From an uncultured Gammaproteobacteria bacterium (lineage in GTDB: Bacteria > Pseudomonadota > Gammaproteobacteria > UBA9214), in assembly GCA_963701455.1 (NCBI GenBank), contig CAVPAE010000006.1, positions 900,458 through 964,457 on the forward strand: a stretch of DNA of 64,000 bases, written 5' to 3'. The translations under genes were made by a program, and so were the position numbers. Below, piece by piece: positions 8,347-17,306 of the stretch. Below the pieces are notes generated by a model that did no database searches, was not told the DNA's origin, and was given only the letters and a program-made list of their open reading frames with translations. The stretch's first letter is position 1; every line of letters begins with the position of its first letter.

Positions 8347-8602
8347 GGTATCGATTAAGCGTTCTGCGGTGAAAGAAATTGAAGCCATACCGCAAAAGAA
8401 AGAACGGCAACGCATAATCCGTCGCATTGGCCAACTGGCTAATGATCCACGCCCCCCAGGTTCAAAGAAGCTATCCGGTCATGATAAATATCGGATACGC
8501 CAAGGTTCTTATCGTATTGTATACAGCATCGAAGGTAATGAGCTTGTCGTCGTTGTAGTGAAGGTGGGTCATCGGAAGGATGTTTACCGTGGCGCCCTCT
8601 AA
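8333..8602 (+). CDS. Type II toxin, RelE/ParE family
   Basis: 89 aa. KLSGHDKYRIRQGSYRIVYSIEGNELVVVVVKVGHRKDVY is typical of the RelE/ParE fold. GTG start. Confidence 0.8.
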   Translation: MEKYKVSIKRSAVKEIEAIPQKKERQRIIRRIGQLANDPRPPGSKKLSGHDKYRIRQGSYRIVYSIEGNELVVVVVKVGHRKDVYRGAL

Positions 8603-8656
8603 CAACTCAGCCCAGTCCGACGCGCTGACGCGCGCTGCTGGCTTCAGCCGTTAGGT
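8597..8656 (+). other. attC recombination site (cassette 7; core GTTAGGT)
   Basis: Inverse core CTCTAAC overlaps the relE stop. Dyad cagcccagtccgacgcg...cgcgctgctggcttcag. Confidence 0.6.
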
Positions 8657-8660
8657 GCTT

Positions 8661-8984
8661 ATGAAAATCACCAGCTTACTTGCTTCAATTATTCTGGGAT
8701 TAACCCTGGCTGGTTGCTCGGGCTCAAGCGACATTACGAATGCAGCAGAAGTACAAGAAGAACTTGATGACTTGTTACAGGTTGGAGCTTCAAAAGAGTA
8801 TATTGAAGCCACGCTTGTGCGTCTGAATATTGGCCATTCGTTTGATAAGTATGCTTCACGATATCAAGGCATTATCAGGAATGCCGGCGGTCCGATGGAT
8901 CATGCGGTAGTGGTATATGTATACATGGATGAAAACGACAAGCTCACAAGGGTGGAAACCCATGATTCATATACAGGGCCATAA
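8661..8984 (+). CDS. Cassette-encoded small lipoprotein (signal peptide plus LAGC lipobox)
   Basis: MKITSLLASIILGLTLAGCSG. A possible degenerate last attC (ACACAAC...GTTAGGA) lies at about 8993-9068. Confidence 0.5.
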   Translation: MKITSLLASIILGLTLAGCSGSSDITNAAEVQEELDDLLQVGASKEYIEATLVRLNIGHSFDKYASRYQGIIRNAGGPMDHAVVVYVYMDENDKLTRVETHDSYTGP

Positions 8985-9290
8985 TGTTGATTACACAACC
9001 TGCGTTTTCCAGGGCTTGCTTTCACTCGGCCGATTATGTGTGCGTAAGATGAAAAATACCGGTTAGGAACTTGACTCGAAAAATTAGTTGAATCGTTTAA
9101 GGAGCACAGTTAATTGTGCCCGGACTGTTCACTCCAATCGATGCCCGTCCCTCGCGCAATTGAGTTCAATCGCTAGACCTCGTTAAAAATACTAATTGTG
9201 TCAGTACGAATTAATTTCTAGTATTGGCGATTATTCAGGCTGACACATTTTATAAACGTTCACACTATTTCATCCAGAAGGGAAATAAAC

Positions 9291-9749
9291 ATGGGAATGA
9301 TTAACGAGTTCAAGCAATTTGCAATGCGCGGCAACGTGGTCGATATGGCCGTGGGTATCATTATCGGCGGTGCGTTTGGAACGATCGTCAAAAGCCTGGT
9401 TTCGGATGTCATGATGCCGCCGCTTGGATTGTTGCTGGGTGGTGTGGACTTTTCCGATCTGTTTATCACCCTGAAGGAAGGCGCCACTGCCGGGCCGTAT
9501 GCGACCCTGGCGGCGGCGCAGGCGGCGGGCGCGGTGACTATTGGCTACGGCGTGTTTATGAACGCCGTGATCAGTTTCCTGATTGTTGCATTCGCTGTTT
9601 TCCTGCTCATCAAGGGTATTAACAAGCTGCAGAGCGAAAAGGAAGAACCGGCCGAGCCGACCACGAAGGATTGTCCGAAATGCTTTACTGCCATTCCGAT
9701 TAAGGCGACGCGTTGTCCGAACTGCACTTCGGAAATCGGGTCTGCATAA
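9291..9749 (+). CDS. mscL: Large-conductance mechanosensitive channel MscL with a C-terminal CxxC...CxxC extension
   Basis: [30 protein letters not shown] is the MscL N-terminus. GC rises to core-genome level here. Confidence 0.85.
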   Translation: MGMINEFKQFAMRGNVVDMAVGIIIGGAFGTIVKSLVSDVMMPPLGLLLGGVDFSDLFITLKEGATAGPYATLAAAQAAGAVTIGYGVFMNAVISFLIVAFAVFLLIKGINKLQSEKEEPAEPTTKDCPKCFTAIPIKATRCPNCTSEIGSA

Positions 9750-9779
9750 CGGCGGGGTGAATTTAAGGAGAGTGTGAAC

Positions 9780-9925
9780 AAGTCTCGAATCGTCATTCCG
9801 GCGCATGCCGGACAAAAGCGCAAGGCGCGTTGAACGCCCGGAGGGTGGGCGAAGCGAGTCATCCAGGTAAATCGACAAGCTGGACCCCGGCCTTCGCCGG
9901 GGTGACGACTTATTCAGAGTTACCT
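9780..9925. repeat. Dispersed palindromic repeat element (cgtcattccggcg...ctggaccccggccttcgccggggtgacga family)
   Basis: Related copies at 35275-35375 and 62925-62995. Confidence 0.5.
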
Positions 9926-10065
9926 TAAGAAGACAGGGCGTCAGTGCACATGTATTTCTGATCTTCGGGCAAATCGTGCCCTGACACTCTTTCCCCCGGT
10001 CCGCTCCGGGTCAGCCCATTGGATGCAGCGCGGGGTGGCGTATACTGGGCTGAAAGACAGGGAAA

Positions 10066-12420
10066 ATGTCCATGCGACTGCGTCCTCAAGTCAACCTGTT
10101 AACCGGCCTCATCATCGCCATCATCCTGCTCGGGGTGATCAGCGCGGCCACGGTGTTCGTGAACGCGCGCACCTACCGTGACCTGGCGTTTGATTTCCAG
10201 CGCCAGTACATGACCCAGATGGTCGCCGCTGAATCCGCCAGCATCCTCGCCGAGGAAGATCGTAACGCACGCAATCTCGGCCTGCGCATCCAGGAGCAGG
10301 ACGATTTCCTGCAGGCGTTCGACGCCGGTGACAGCGTTGCGATTTCGGCCGTGCTCGATGCACTGTACGACCAGTCAACGACCACAGCCAGTCTCGTGGA
10401 TGTGGTTGCCTTTTACGTGTTCGGTAACGATTCCAGGCTGCTGGCAAGGGCAAGCCGCCTCGTGCCGGCGGCAGCGGCGGGCGGGGAAGCGCTGCTGTGT
10501 CCGGGACTGATCACCAAGGCGCGGGTGCGCGCCGGACCGATGCGCGAGAAGCCGCTGTACGAACTCTGCCTGTTTGACGGCTTGCCCTACCTGGCATCAC
10601 TGCTGCCGGTCGGCGAACCGGAGCCGGGCGGCTACCTGCAGATAGTGACCGACCCGGTACCGAAACTCCTGCGGATCGGTCACCGGCTGAAGATGCCGGT
10701 GCAGATCCGCCGCACCGACGGTGCGGTCATTCATACCGCGTCCGCGTGGGTGGATGCCCGCACTGACCACGAGGTGATGTCCGAGTATGTCCTGACGGCC
10801 AATAATTCCCGGCCGGCGCTGAACATTGCCGCCCAGCGCAATGCCGACAGCCTGGTGATGCAGATCGAGAAGACCAACAACCGGCTGCTGTTCGTGGTGG
10901 GGCTGATTATTCTCGCGACCGTGGTGCTGGCGCTGTTGATGGTCAAGTTCTCGGTACTCAATCCGCTGCGCGATATCAGCTACCAGTTCCGGGTTTCCAG
11001 GAAGCGGGATGCGGCCGCGACCGATGCCGTGGCGGAGCCGGGCGGGCCGGTGAGTTTTCATGCGCTGGGGCAGCTGTACGAGACCCTGCACGACATGGCC
11101 ATCCGCGATCCGCTCACCGGCACCTACAACCGTGCGCTGCTGGAGGACCGTCTGAAGCAGGTGATTGCCGAGCACCGCCGGACCCCGGGCAAGGCTGCCA
11201 TCCTGCTGACAGACATGGTGCGATTCAAGTACGTCAACGATCTGCTCGGTCACCATGCCGGCGACCTGCTGCTCAAGGAGGTCGTGGTGCGCATCGGCCG
11301 GGTGCTGCGCGAATCGGACACCCTGGCGCGGCTTGGCGGTGACGAGTTCGTGATCATCCTGCCCGACACGGATGCCGAGCAGGCGATCCAGGTGGCGGAA
11401 AAGATCATCCAGTCCATGGTGCCGGAATTCGAGGTGGAGCAGAATCGGCTGTCGACGTCGGTATCCATCGGCATCGCCCTGATGCCGGAGCATGGCGACG
11501 ATGTCGAGACCCTGCTGCGCAACGCCGACTATGCAATGTATTCCACCAAGCATGACCGCCGCGGCTACGCGATCTACGACCCTGCGACCCGGGAAGACAT
11601 CAACGTCGACAGGATGCAGCTGGACGGCATGCTCAACGAGGACATACGCCGCAACGACCTGTTCCTGGTCTACCAGCCGGTGATCGAGTTCGGCAGCCAC
11701 CGCGTCAGTTACCTGGAGGCGCTGGTGCGCTGGCGCCAGCCGGACGGCCGGGTGCTGATGCCGGGCGACTTCGTGCCCGTCGCCGAGCGCAGCGGGCTGA
11801 TCCGGCAGCTCTCCGAATGGATCATCGACCGCGTCTGTCGCGAGCTTGCCATGCTGCAGCAGGACAACCCCGGGATGCGCGCCGGCATCAACCTGTCGAT
11901 GTACAACCTGCATGACCTGAACCTGAAACAACAGATCCATGATGCGCTGTCCCGGCACCGGCTCCGGCCGGAATCACTGCTGCTGGAAATCACCGAGACC
12001 GGCGTGATGCTGGACCCGGAGCAGGTCATCGAGACACTGGGGGAGCTTGCCGAGATGGGGCTCAGCCTCTCCATCGACGATTTCGGCACCGGCCACGCCT
12101 CGCTGGTCTACCTGAAACGCCTGCCAGTGCAGTCACTCAAGGTGGACAAGTCGTTCGTGGTGGACATGGACAGCGACGAGGACAATTTCTCCATTGTGCG
12201 CGCCACCATTGACCTGGCGCACAGCCTCGGCCTGACGGTGACGGCCGAGGGGGTCGAAACCGGTGCGGTCTACGCGCAGTTGCGGGGCATGGGCTGTGAC
12301 TACTACCAGGGGTATTATGTCGGCAGGCCGAAAGACCGCGAGGCCATCAGGGAATGGCTGGAGGAGAACAACCGGGGGAGGGTCGAGCAGGGCCGGCGCC
12401 CGGGGTGGAGCGCCGGATAG
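10066..12420 (+). CDS. Sensor protein with GGDEF and EAL domains (c-di-GMP synthase/phosphodiesterase), N-terminal periplasmic sensor flanked by 2 TM helices
   Basis: GGDEFVIIL motif, RDPLTGTYNR, and an EAL domain (LEALVRW, DDFGTG). Confidence 0.85.
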   Translation: MSMRLRPQVNLLTGLIIAIILLGVISAATVFVNARTYRDLAFDFQRQYMTQMVAAESASILAEEDRNARNLGLRIQEQDDFLQAFDAGDSVAISAVLDALYDQSTTTASLVDVVAFYVFGNDSRLLARASRLVPAAAAGGEALLCPGLITKARVRAGPMREKPLYELCLFDGLPYLASLLPVGEPEPGGYLQIVTDPVPKLLRIGHRLKMPVQIRRTDGAVIHTASAWVDARTDHEVMSEYVLTANNSRPALNIAAQRNADSLVMQIEKTNNRLLFVVGLIILATVVLALLMVKFSVLNPLRDISYQFRVSRKRDAAATDAVAEPGGPVSFHALGQLYETLHDMAIRDPLTGTYNRALLEDRLKQVIAEHRRTPGKAAILLTDMVRFKYVNDLLGHHAGDLLLKEVVVRIGRVLRESDTLARLGGDEFVIILPDTDAEQAIQVAEKIIQSMVPEFEVEQNRLSTSVSIGIALMPEHGDDVETLLRNADYAMYSTKHDRRGYAIYDPATREDINVDRMQLDGMLNEDIRRNDLFLVYQPVIEFGSHRVSYLEALVRWRQPDGRVLMPGDFVPVAERSGLIRQLSEWIIDRVCRELAMLQQDNPGMRAGINLSMYNLHDLNLKQQIHDALSRHRLRPESLLLEITETGVMLDPEQVIETLGELAEMGLSLSIDDFGTGHASLVYLKRLPVQSLKVDKSFVVDMDSDEDNFSIVRATIDLAHSLGLTVTAEGVETGAVYAQLRGMGCDYYQGYYVGRPKDREAIREWLEENNRGRVEQGRRPGWSAG

Positions 12421-12457
12421 CCGCGGCCGGTATCTACAGGACAGGGGAATACAGACG

Positions 12458-12649
12458 ATGATGAGATATTCCGTATTATTGGTACTGCTGCTGGCAGGCT
12501 GCGGCGGCGAGCAGGAGCCGCCGGCCGAGAAGCGTGGCCATGTCTGGCAGGAACAGATCAACACCATGGACAAGGCGAGGGATGTCGATACCCTGCTGCA
12601 GGATTCCGCCGCCGCGCAGCGCCAGGCGATCGATGCACAGGCACAGTAA
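12458..12649 (+). CDS. Small lipoprotein (63 aa)
   Basis: MMRYSVLLVLLLAGCGG signal peptide and lipobox. Ribosome-binding site aggggaa. Confidence 0.4.
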   Translation: MMRYSVLLVLLLAGCGGEQEPPAEKRGHVWQEQINTMDKARDVDTLLQDSAAAQRQAIDAQAQ

Positions 12650-12739
12650 GACTTTGCCGTTGCCTGGCCGGCGCTAAACTCCGCCGCCAGTGGCGGCACG
12701 ACAACAACGCTGCCGGTTGGGGCGGTTGTCGTCGGGTAA

Positions 12740-14215
12740 ATGAATATGACGAGAATAATGACAATAAGCAGTGGACTGGCTCGGGTGGGCAAAACGCACC
12801 TGGCGGTGAATCTCGCGCTGGAATTCGCACGGCGCGGCCGGCGTGCCGCGGTTTACCATGAGCTGGGATCCGTCACGCCCATCGAGGCCGTACTGGCCCT
12901 GCCGCATGCCGTCACGCCGCTGCGTCGCGCCACGGACGCGCAGGAGGCGAATGATTTTATTCGCCGCGGTTATCTCGGTATCGATATTCTTTCCTGTCGC
13001 CAGCCGCTGCGCGCCTGGGCCGGCCATGACGCGCAAAGGCTGGCCGCCTGCCTCGATGGCCTGCAGGCGCAGCAGGAATGCGACGACCTGCTCATCGATA
13101 CCTCGGGCATGGATCCGCGCAGCCTGGTTGCCTGCTGCCGTGCCTCCGCCAGCGTCATCCTGGTCGTGACGCCGGATGCCCATTCCCAGGCAGAGGCCTT
13201 TGCCCTGTTGAAGGTGCTGGTGCTCAACGGTTATGCCGGCGAACTCTGGCTGCTGGTGAACCGCGCACCTGACGCGGAGAGCGCAGAGGAAATCCAGCGG
13301 CGTATCAGCACCCAGGTGCAGGCACATCTTGGCGGGGAGATCCCGCTGCTGTGCAGCGTGCCCGAGGATGCACGGGTCGGCAGGGCGCAGGGTTGTCTGC
13401 AGGCTTTCAGCGCGATATTTCCCGACTGCGATGCGGCTGCCGCGATCGTCAGGCTGGCCGATGTCCTGCCGCCGGGGCCGGCCACTGCCAGCGTGCATGG
13501 CGCGCTCCGCAGCTTCTGGGAACGCTTTATCGAGATCATGCAGGAACCTGTGCACCTGGCGGGAAATGCCCTGCTGCAGGAAGCTCCCGTTGCGGCATCC
13601 GGACAAGCGCATGTCGCGGCCGGTGCCGCTCCCGCGGAAATGAACCTGTTGTCGCATGCCGGCGAACTTGCGGACCTGCCGGTTGTGCTGGAGCGGGCTG
13701 CCGAATCCCTGCAAACAGCGGCGGCGACGCTGGCTGCCTTCGCGGCCCGGCTTGAAGAAACCGGCGACATCCTGCCGGAAACGCCGGCGGCGCAGCTGGA
13801 GAGCAGCCAGTTGCCAGCCGTGGTGGCGCAGTTGCTCGCGGTACTGGCTGCGGATGCGGTGCATGCGCAGGTCGAATTGTGGCTGGATAGCGCCAGCGTC
13901 GCCACCGCTGACGCTGACTGGCTGCAGCCGGGACAATACCTGAAATATACCCTGCAAATGGCGCTGCCGGGCGGTGCCGCGGAGACGCGGTTGCGGTCGC
14001 TGCTGGACGATATCCCGGTGCAGCCGGCGCCAGGCGCGGAGGAAGGCACCCTGCAGGTAATCCTGACGCCGCGGCACGATGCCTGTCTTGATGTCCTCAT
14101 CAGCTCCGGTGACGGGGTACGCATCCATGCCTGGCTGCCGGTCGCCACGGCCGTACCGGCCGCGGCCAGCCTGCCGGTGGCGGGCGTGGTACCCGCCGCC
14201 AAGCGTCTGCACTAG
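12740..14215 (+). CDS. ParA/MinD-like P-loop ATPase with a long Ala-rich C-terminal extension
   Basis: N-terminal MTISSGLARVGKTHLAVNLA is a deviant Walker A motif. The long antisense ORFs on the opposite strand are GC artefacts. Confidence 0.45.
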   Translation: MNMTRIMTISSGLARVGKTHLAVNLALEFARRGRRAAVYHELGSVTPIEAVLALPHAVTPLRRATDAQEANDFIRRGYLGIDILSCRQPLRAWAGHDAQRLAACLDGLQAQQECDDLLIDTSGMDPRSLVACCRASASVILVVTPDAHSQAEAFALLKVLVLNGYAGELWLLVNRAPDAESAEEIQRRISTQVQAHLGGEIPLLCSVPEDARVGRAQGCLQAFSAIFPDCDAAAAIVRLADVLPPGPATASVHGALRSFWERFIEIMQEPVHLAGNALLQEAPVAASGQAHVAAGAAPAEMNLLSHAGELADLPVVLERAAESLQTAAATLAAFAARLEETGDILPETPAAQLESSQLPAVVAQLLAVLAADAVHAQVELWLDSASVATADADWLQPGQYLKYTLQMALPGGAAETRLRSLLDDIPVQPAPGAEEGTLQVILTPRHDACLDVLISSGDGVRIHAWLPVATAVPAAASLPVAGVVPAAKRLH

Positions 14216-14217
14216 TG

Positions 14218-14344
14218 ACCCCTGAATAATTCATGTATCGCGTCATTGCGAGCGTAGCGAAGCAATCTCGTGACATGTGCCTCAATTACTTACAGATTGC
14301 TTCGTCACCGTGTTCCTCGCAATGACGAAATATTCAGGGGTTCC
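14218..14344. repeat. About 125-bp nested palindromic (MITE-like) element
   Basis: Nested inverted repeats: cccctgaata/tattcagggg, gtcattgcgag/ctcgcaatgac and gaagcaatct/agattgcttc. A related element occurs at about 21990-22265. Confidence 0.5.
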
Positions 14345-14449
14345 CTGGTAGAAAAAATATTTCAATCATCCGGCCGGGTGTGAATAAAATACCGGCCTGA
14401 AATTCTCCAGCGGCTTTTACCCGGGTACAGGCAACCGGCCGAGACACGT

Positions 14450-15886
14450 GTGAAGATGGTTTTACAGCGCAACCTCAGCGACAGGCTGTTCACCCCCGTC
14501 GATGCCGCTTCACTGGCGGTGTTTCGCATCGGCTTCGGCTGCATCATGCTGGTCGAGATGTTGCGCTATTTCCACTTCGACTGGATCCGGCGCTACTACG
14601 TCACCCCGGAGTTTCACTTCAGCTACTACGGTTTCGACTGGGTGCAACCCCTGGGCGAAACCGGCATGGTCCTGCTTTTCGCGGGGCTTGCGCTGCTGGC
14701 GTTTTTCATCGCCATCGGCTATCTCTACCGCTTCAGCATTATCGCTTTTACGCTGGGCTTTACCTGGGTCTTTCTGCTTGACCAGACCCAGTACCTGAAT
14801 CACTTCTATCTCGTCATCCTGCTCGGGATTTTGTTGAGCGTGCTGCCGGCGCAGCGCGCCTTCTCCGTCGATGCCCGGCTGCAGCGCAGGCAGGGCACGG
14901 CGGAGGTGCCCGCGTGGGCGGTCTGGGTGCTGCGGGCCCAGTTCGAGGTGATGTATCTGTACGCGGGTATCGTCAAGCTGAATCCGGACTGGCTGCGCCT
15001 CGAACCCATGGCGATCTGGATGACACGCGGAGCCGAACTGCCGTTGATCGGCCCGTTGATGACGGAGCCGCTGGCCGTGGCCGCGGCCAGCTATGGCGTG
15101 ATTGTCCTGCACCTGGTCGGCGCGCCCCTGCTGTTGTGGCGGCGTACCCGGCTCGGTGTGTTTCTCATCTACGCGGCCTTTCATACCACCAACCACTTCA
15201 GCTTCAACATCGGTATCTTTCCCTGGCTCACGCTGTTCGGCACCCTGATCTTTTTCGAGCCTGACTGGCCGCGGCGTGTCTGGCGGGTGCTGACCAAGCG
15301 CGCGGCAGTGGCAACGCAGGCGGATGCCGGTGATGGCGGGAACGGTGTTGCGGCGGCAACGCCGGCTGTGGCGATGGGCAGGCGCCTGGTCATCGGCCTG
15401 CTGGCCGCATGGTTTGCCTTCCAGGTGCTGGTGCCGCTGCGGCATCTGCTGTACCCGGGCAATGTCAGCTGGACGGAGGAGGGACACCGTTTCGCCTGGC
15501 AAATGATGTTGCGCGAAAAGGGAGGCACCGCGAAATTCAGCGTGACCGACCCGGCAAGCGGCCGCGTCTGGCATATCAACCTGCCGGATTACCTGACCCC
15601 GCGCCAGGCCCGGAAAATGGCGACGCGCCCCGACATGCTGCTGCAGTTTGCCCACCACCTGCAACGGGTCTGGGAACGGGAAAAGAACCTGCCGGGCGTC
15701 GAGGTGCGCGTGACGACCGCCATCTCGCTGAACGGTCGCGCGCCGGTGCTGCTGCTGGACCCGGCAAGGGACCTGGCCGCCGTGCCGCGCGACCTGCGTG
15801 CTGCGGACTGGATCCTGCCGCTGACCGAGCCGCTGCCTGCGATTACCTTCAGGCGCCTGTTTCAAGACACAATCGCGGTCAGGTGA
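14450..15886 (+). CDS. HTTM domain (vitamin-K-carboxylase-like) integral membrane protein
   Basis: LAVFRIGFGCIMLVE...DQTQYLNHFYL. Multi-TM N-terminal half. Confidence 0.6.
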   Translation: MKMVLQRNLSDRLFTPVDAASLAVFRIGFGCIMLVEMLRYFHFDWIRRYYVTPEFHFSYYGFDWVQPLGETGMVLLFAGLALLAFFIAIGYLYRFSIIAFTLGFTWVFLLDQTQYLNHFYLVILLGILLSVLPAQRAFSVDARLQRRQGTAEVPAWAVWVLRAQFEVMYLYAGIVKLNPDWLRLEPMAIWMTRGAELPLIGPLMTEPLAVAAASYGVIVLHLVGAPLLLWRRTRLGVFLIYAAFHTTNHFSFNIGIFPWLTLFGTLIFFEPDWPRRVWRVLTKRAAVATQADAGDGGNGVAAATPAVAMGRRLVIGLLAAWFAFQVLVPLRHLLYPGNVSWTEEGHRFAWQMMLREKGGTAKFSVTDPASGRVWHINLPDYLTPRQARKMATRPDMLLQFAHHLQRVWEREKNLPGVEVRVTTAISLNGRAPVLLLDPARDLAAVPRDLRAADWILPLTEPLPAITFRRLFQDTIAVR

Positions 15887-16795
15887 CCGCTCCTGCACGT
15901 AATAGAAGCACCTGTAGGAGTACCCTGAAGGGCATAAACGCCGCCCTTCGGCGCGATTGTTTGAGGCGCCCATCGCGGTCAGGAGACCGCTCCTGCACGT
16001 AATAGAAGCGCCTGCAGGAGCGCCGTCCTTCGGCGCGATTGCTTGAGGCAGGCAATCGCGGTCAGAAGACCGCTCCTGCACGTAATCAAGAAGCACCTGT
16101 AGGAGCGCCGCCCTTCGGCGCGATTGCTTGAGGTCAAGCCCATCGCGGTCAGAAGACCGCTCCTGCACGTAATAGAAGCACCTGCAGGAGCGCCGTCCTT
16201 CGGCGCGATTGCTTGAGGCGCCCATCGCGGTCAGAAGACCGCTCCTGCACGTAATAGAAGCACCTGCAGGAGCGCCGTCCTTCGGCGCGATTGCTTGAGG
16301 CAGCCAATCGCGGTCAGGTGACCGCTCCTGCACGTAATAGAAGCACCTGCAGGAGCGCCGTCCTTCGGCGCGATTGCTTGAGGCAGGCAATCGCGGTCAG
16401 GTGACCGCTCCTGCACGTAATAGAAGCGCCTGCAGGAGCGCCGTCCTTCGGCGCGATTGCTTGAGGCAGGCAATCGCGGTCAGAAGACCGCTCCTGCACG
16501 TAATAGAAGCGCCTGCAGGAGCGCCGTCCTTCGGCGCGATTGCTTGAGGTGCCCATCGCGGTCAGGTGACCGCTCCTGCACGTAATAGAAGCGCCTGCAG
16601 GAGCGCCGTCCTTCGGCGCGATTGCTTGAGGCGGCAATCGCGGTCAGGTGACCGCTCCTACACGTAATAGAAGCACCTGTAGGAGCGCCGTCCTTCGGCG
16701 CGATTGCTTGAGGCAGGCAATCGCGGTCAGAAGACCGCTCCTACACCACCAGGTGCACCTGTAGGAGCGGCCTTTGGCCGCGATCGCTTTGCTGG
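15872..16795. repeat. Tandem array of about 11 copies of an ~82-bp palindromic repeat unit
   Basis: Unit: atcgcggtcagRRgaccgctcctgcacgtaatagaagcRcctgYaggagcgccgYccttcggcgcgattgcttgagg plus about 8 variable bases. Each unit contains two hairpins. Confidence 0.85.
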
Positions 16796-16809
16796 TTGCC
16801 TGTTGAGAA

Positions 16810-17217
16810 CTAGAAGCGGTCGCTTCCCGTGCGGCCCAGGTTGTTGATCCTGCGCCTGCCCAGCAGTTTCAGGAGCAGGTTGCGCAGTGCGCGCAGTACC
16901 GGGTACAGCAGGCGCGACAGTCGCGCCGACCTGAACAGCCAGTAGTTCAGACGGTTGAAGATGCCGGAGCGGGTGCTGAGCAGCGCCAGGGCGTGTATGG
17001 CGTCGGCGCCGTAGTAGAGCTGGTCATCCAGCTTGAGGACCATCCCCTGGTCGATATCCAGACCGTGTGCGGTAATCTCCTGCAGGATGTCACTGTGCTC
17101 GCGGGCGTTGACGATCTGGAGTTCGCCGGCGGCGGCACGGATACGCACCGCCTGGCAGTAGTTGTGGCACACGGGGCACTCGCGGTCGTAAACCAGTAGC
17201 ACCTGCTTGCCTGGCAT
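16810..17217 (-). CDS. DCC1-like thiol-disulfide oxidoreductase family protein (DUF393)
   Basis: VYDRECPVCHNYCQ motif near the N-terminus, 135 aa. This family often neighbours HTTM proteins. Confidence 0.6.
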   Translation of the reverse strand: MPGKQVLLVYDRECPVCHNYCQAVRIRAAAGELQIVNAREHSDILQEITAHGLDIDQGMVLKLDDQLYYGADAIHALALLSTRSGIFNRLNYWLFRSARLSRLLYPVLRALRNLLLKLLGRRRINNLGRTGSDRF

Positions 17218-17306
17218 ATCCCGGATTCGGTTTGCCTGAGGAATTGCGGTTGCGTCGGGGCGTGGCGGCTGGCGGAGTTCTTCCGCCAGCCGCGAACCCG
17301 GTCTGA

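Larger units (their letters stand above)
1..9080 (+). mobile_element. Distal part of an integron gene-cassette array: about 8 cassettes, each ending in an attC site. The integrase and attI are not in the window (expected upstream of position 1).
   Basis: Inverse-core GCCTAAC-like / core GTTAGGC-like pairs recur 55-90 bp apart with internal dyad symmetry. ORF stop codons overlap the inverse cores. All ORFs are co-oriented. GC is about 40% here versus about 65% in the flanking core genome. Confidence 0.7.

Noticed and set aside
8985-9080. Final attC after the lipoprotein cassette
   Set aside because: Only a degenerate inverse core (ACACAAC) and a GTTAGGA core, with no convincing internal dyad. 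Mentioned under the lipoprotein feature but not called as a feature.
12674-14212. Long antisense ORFs (also 10597..11958 -, 14510..16390 -, 23065..24294 -, 53453..55048 -, 56033..57184 -, 36622..37659 +, 38911..40212 +, 19175..20329 +)
   Set aside because: Arg/Ala/Gly/Pro-rich translations on the opposite strand of well-supported genes. These are typical high-GC artefacts.
15872-16795. Possible CRISPR array
   Set aside because: The repeat unit is 82 bp and strongly palindromic. The variable segments are only ~8 bp, far too short for spacers. Related copies are dispersed singly elsewhere and no cas genes are present. This is a tandem REP/MITE-like array.
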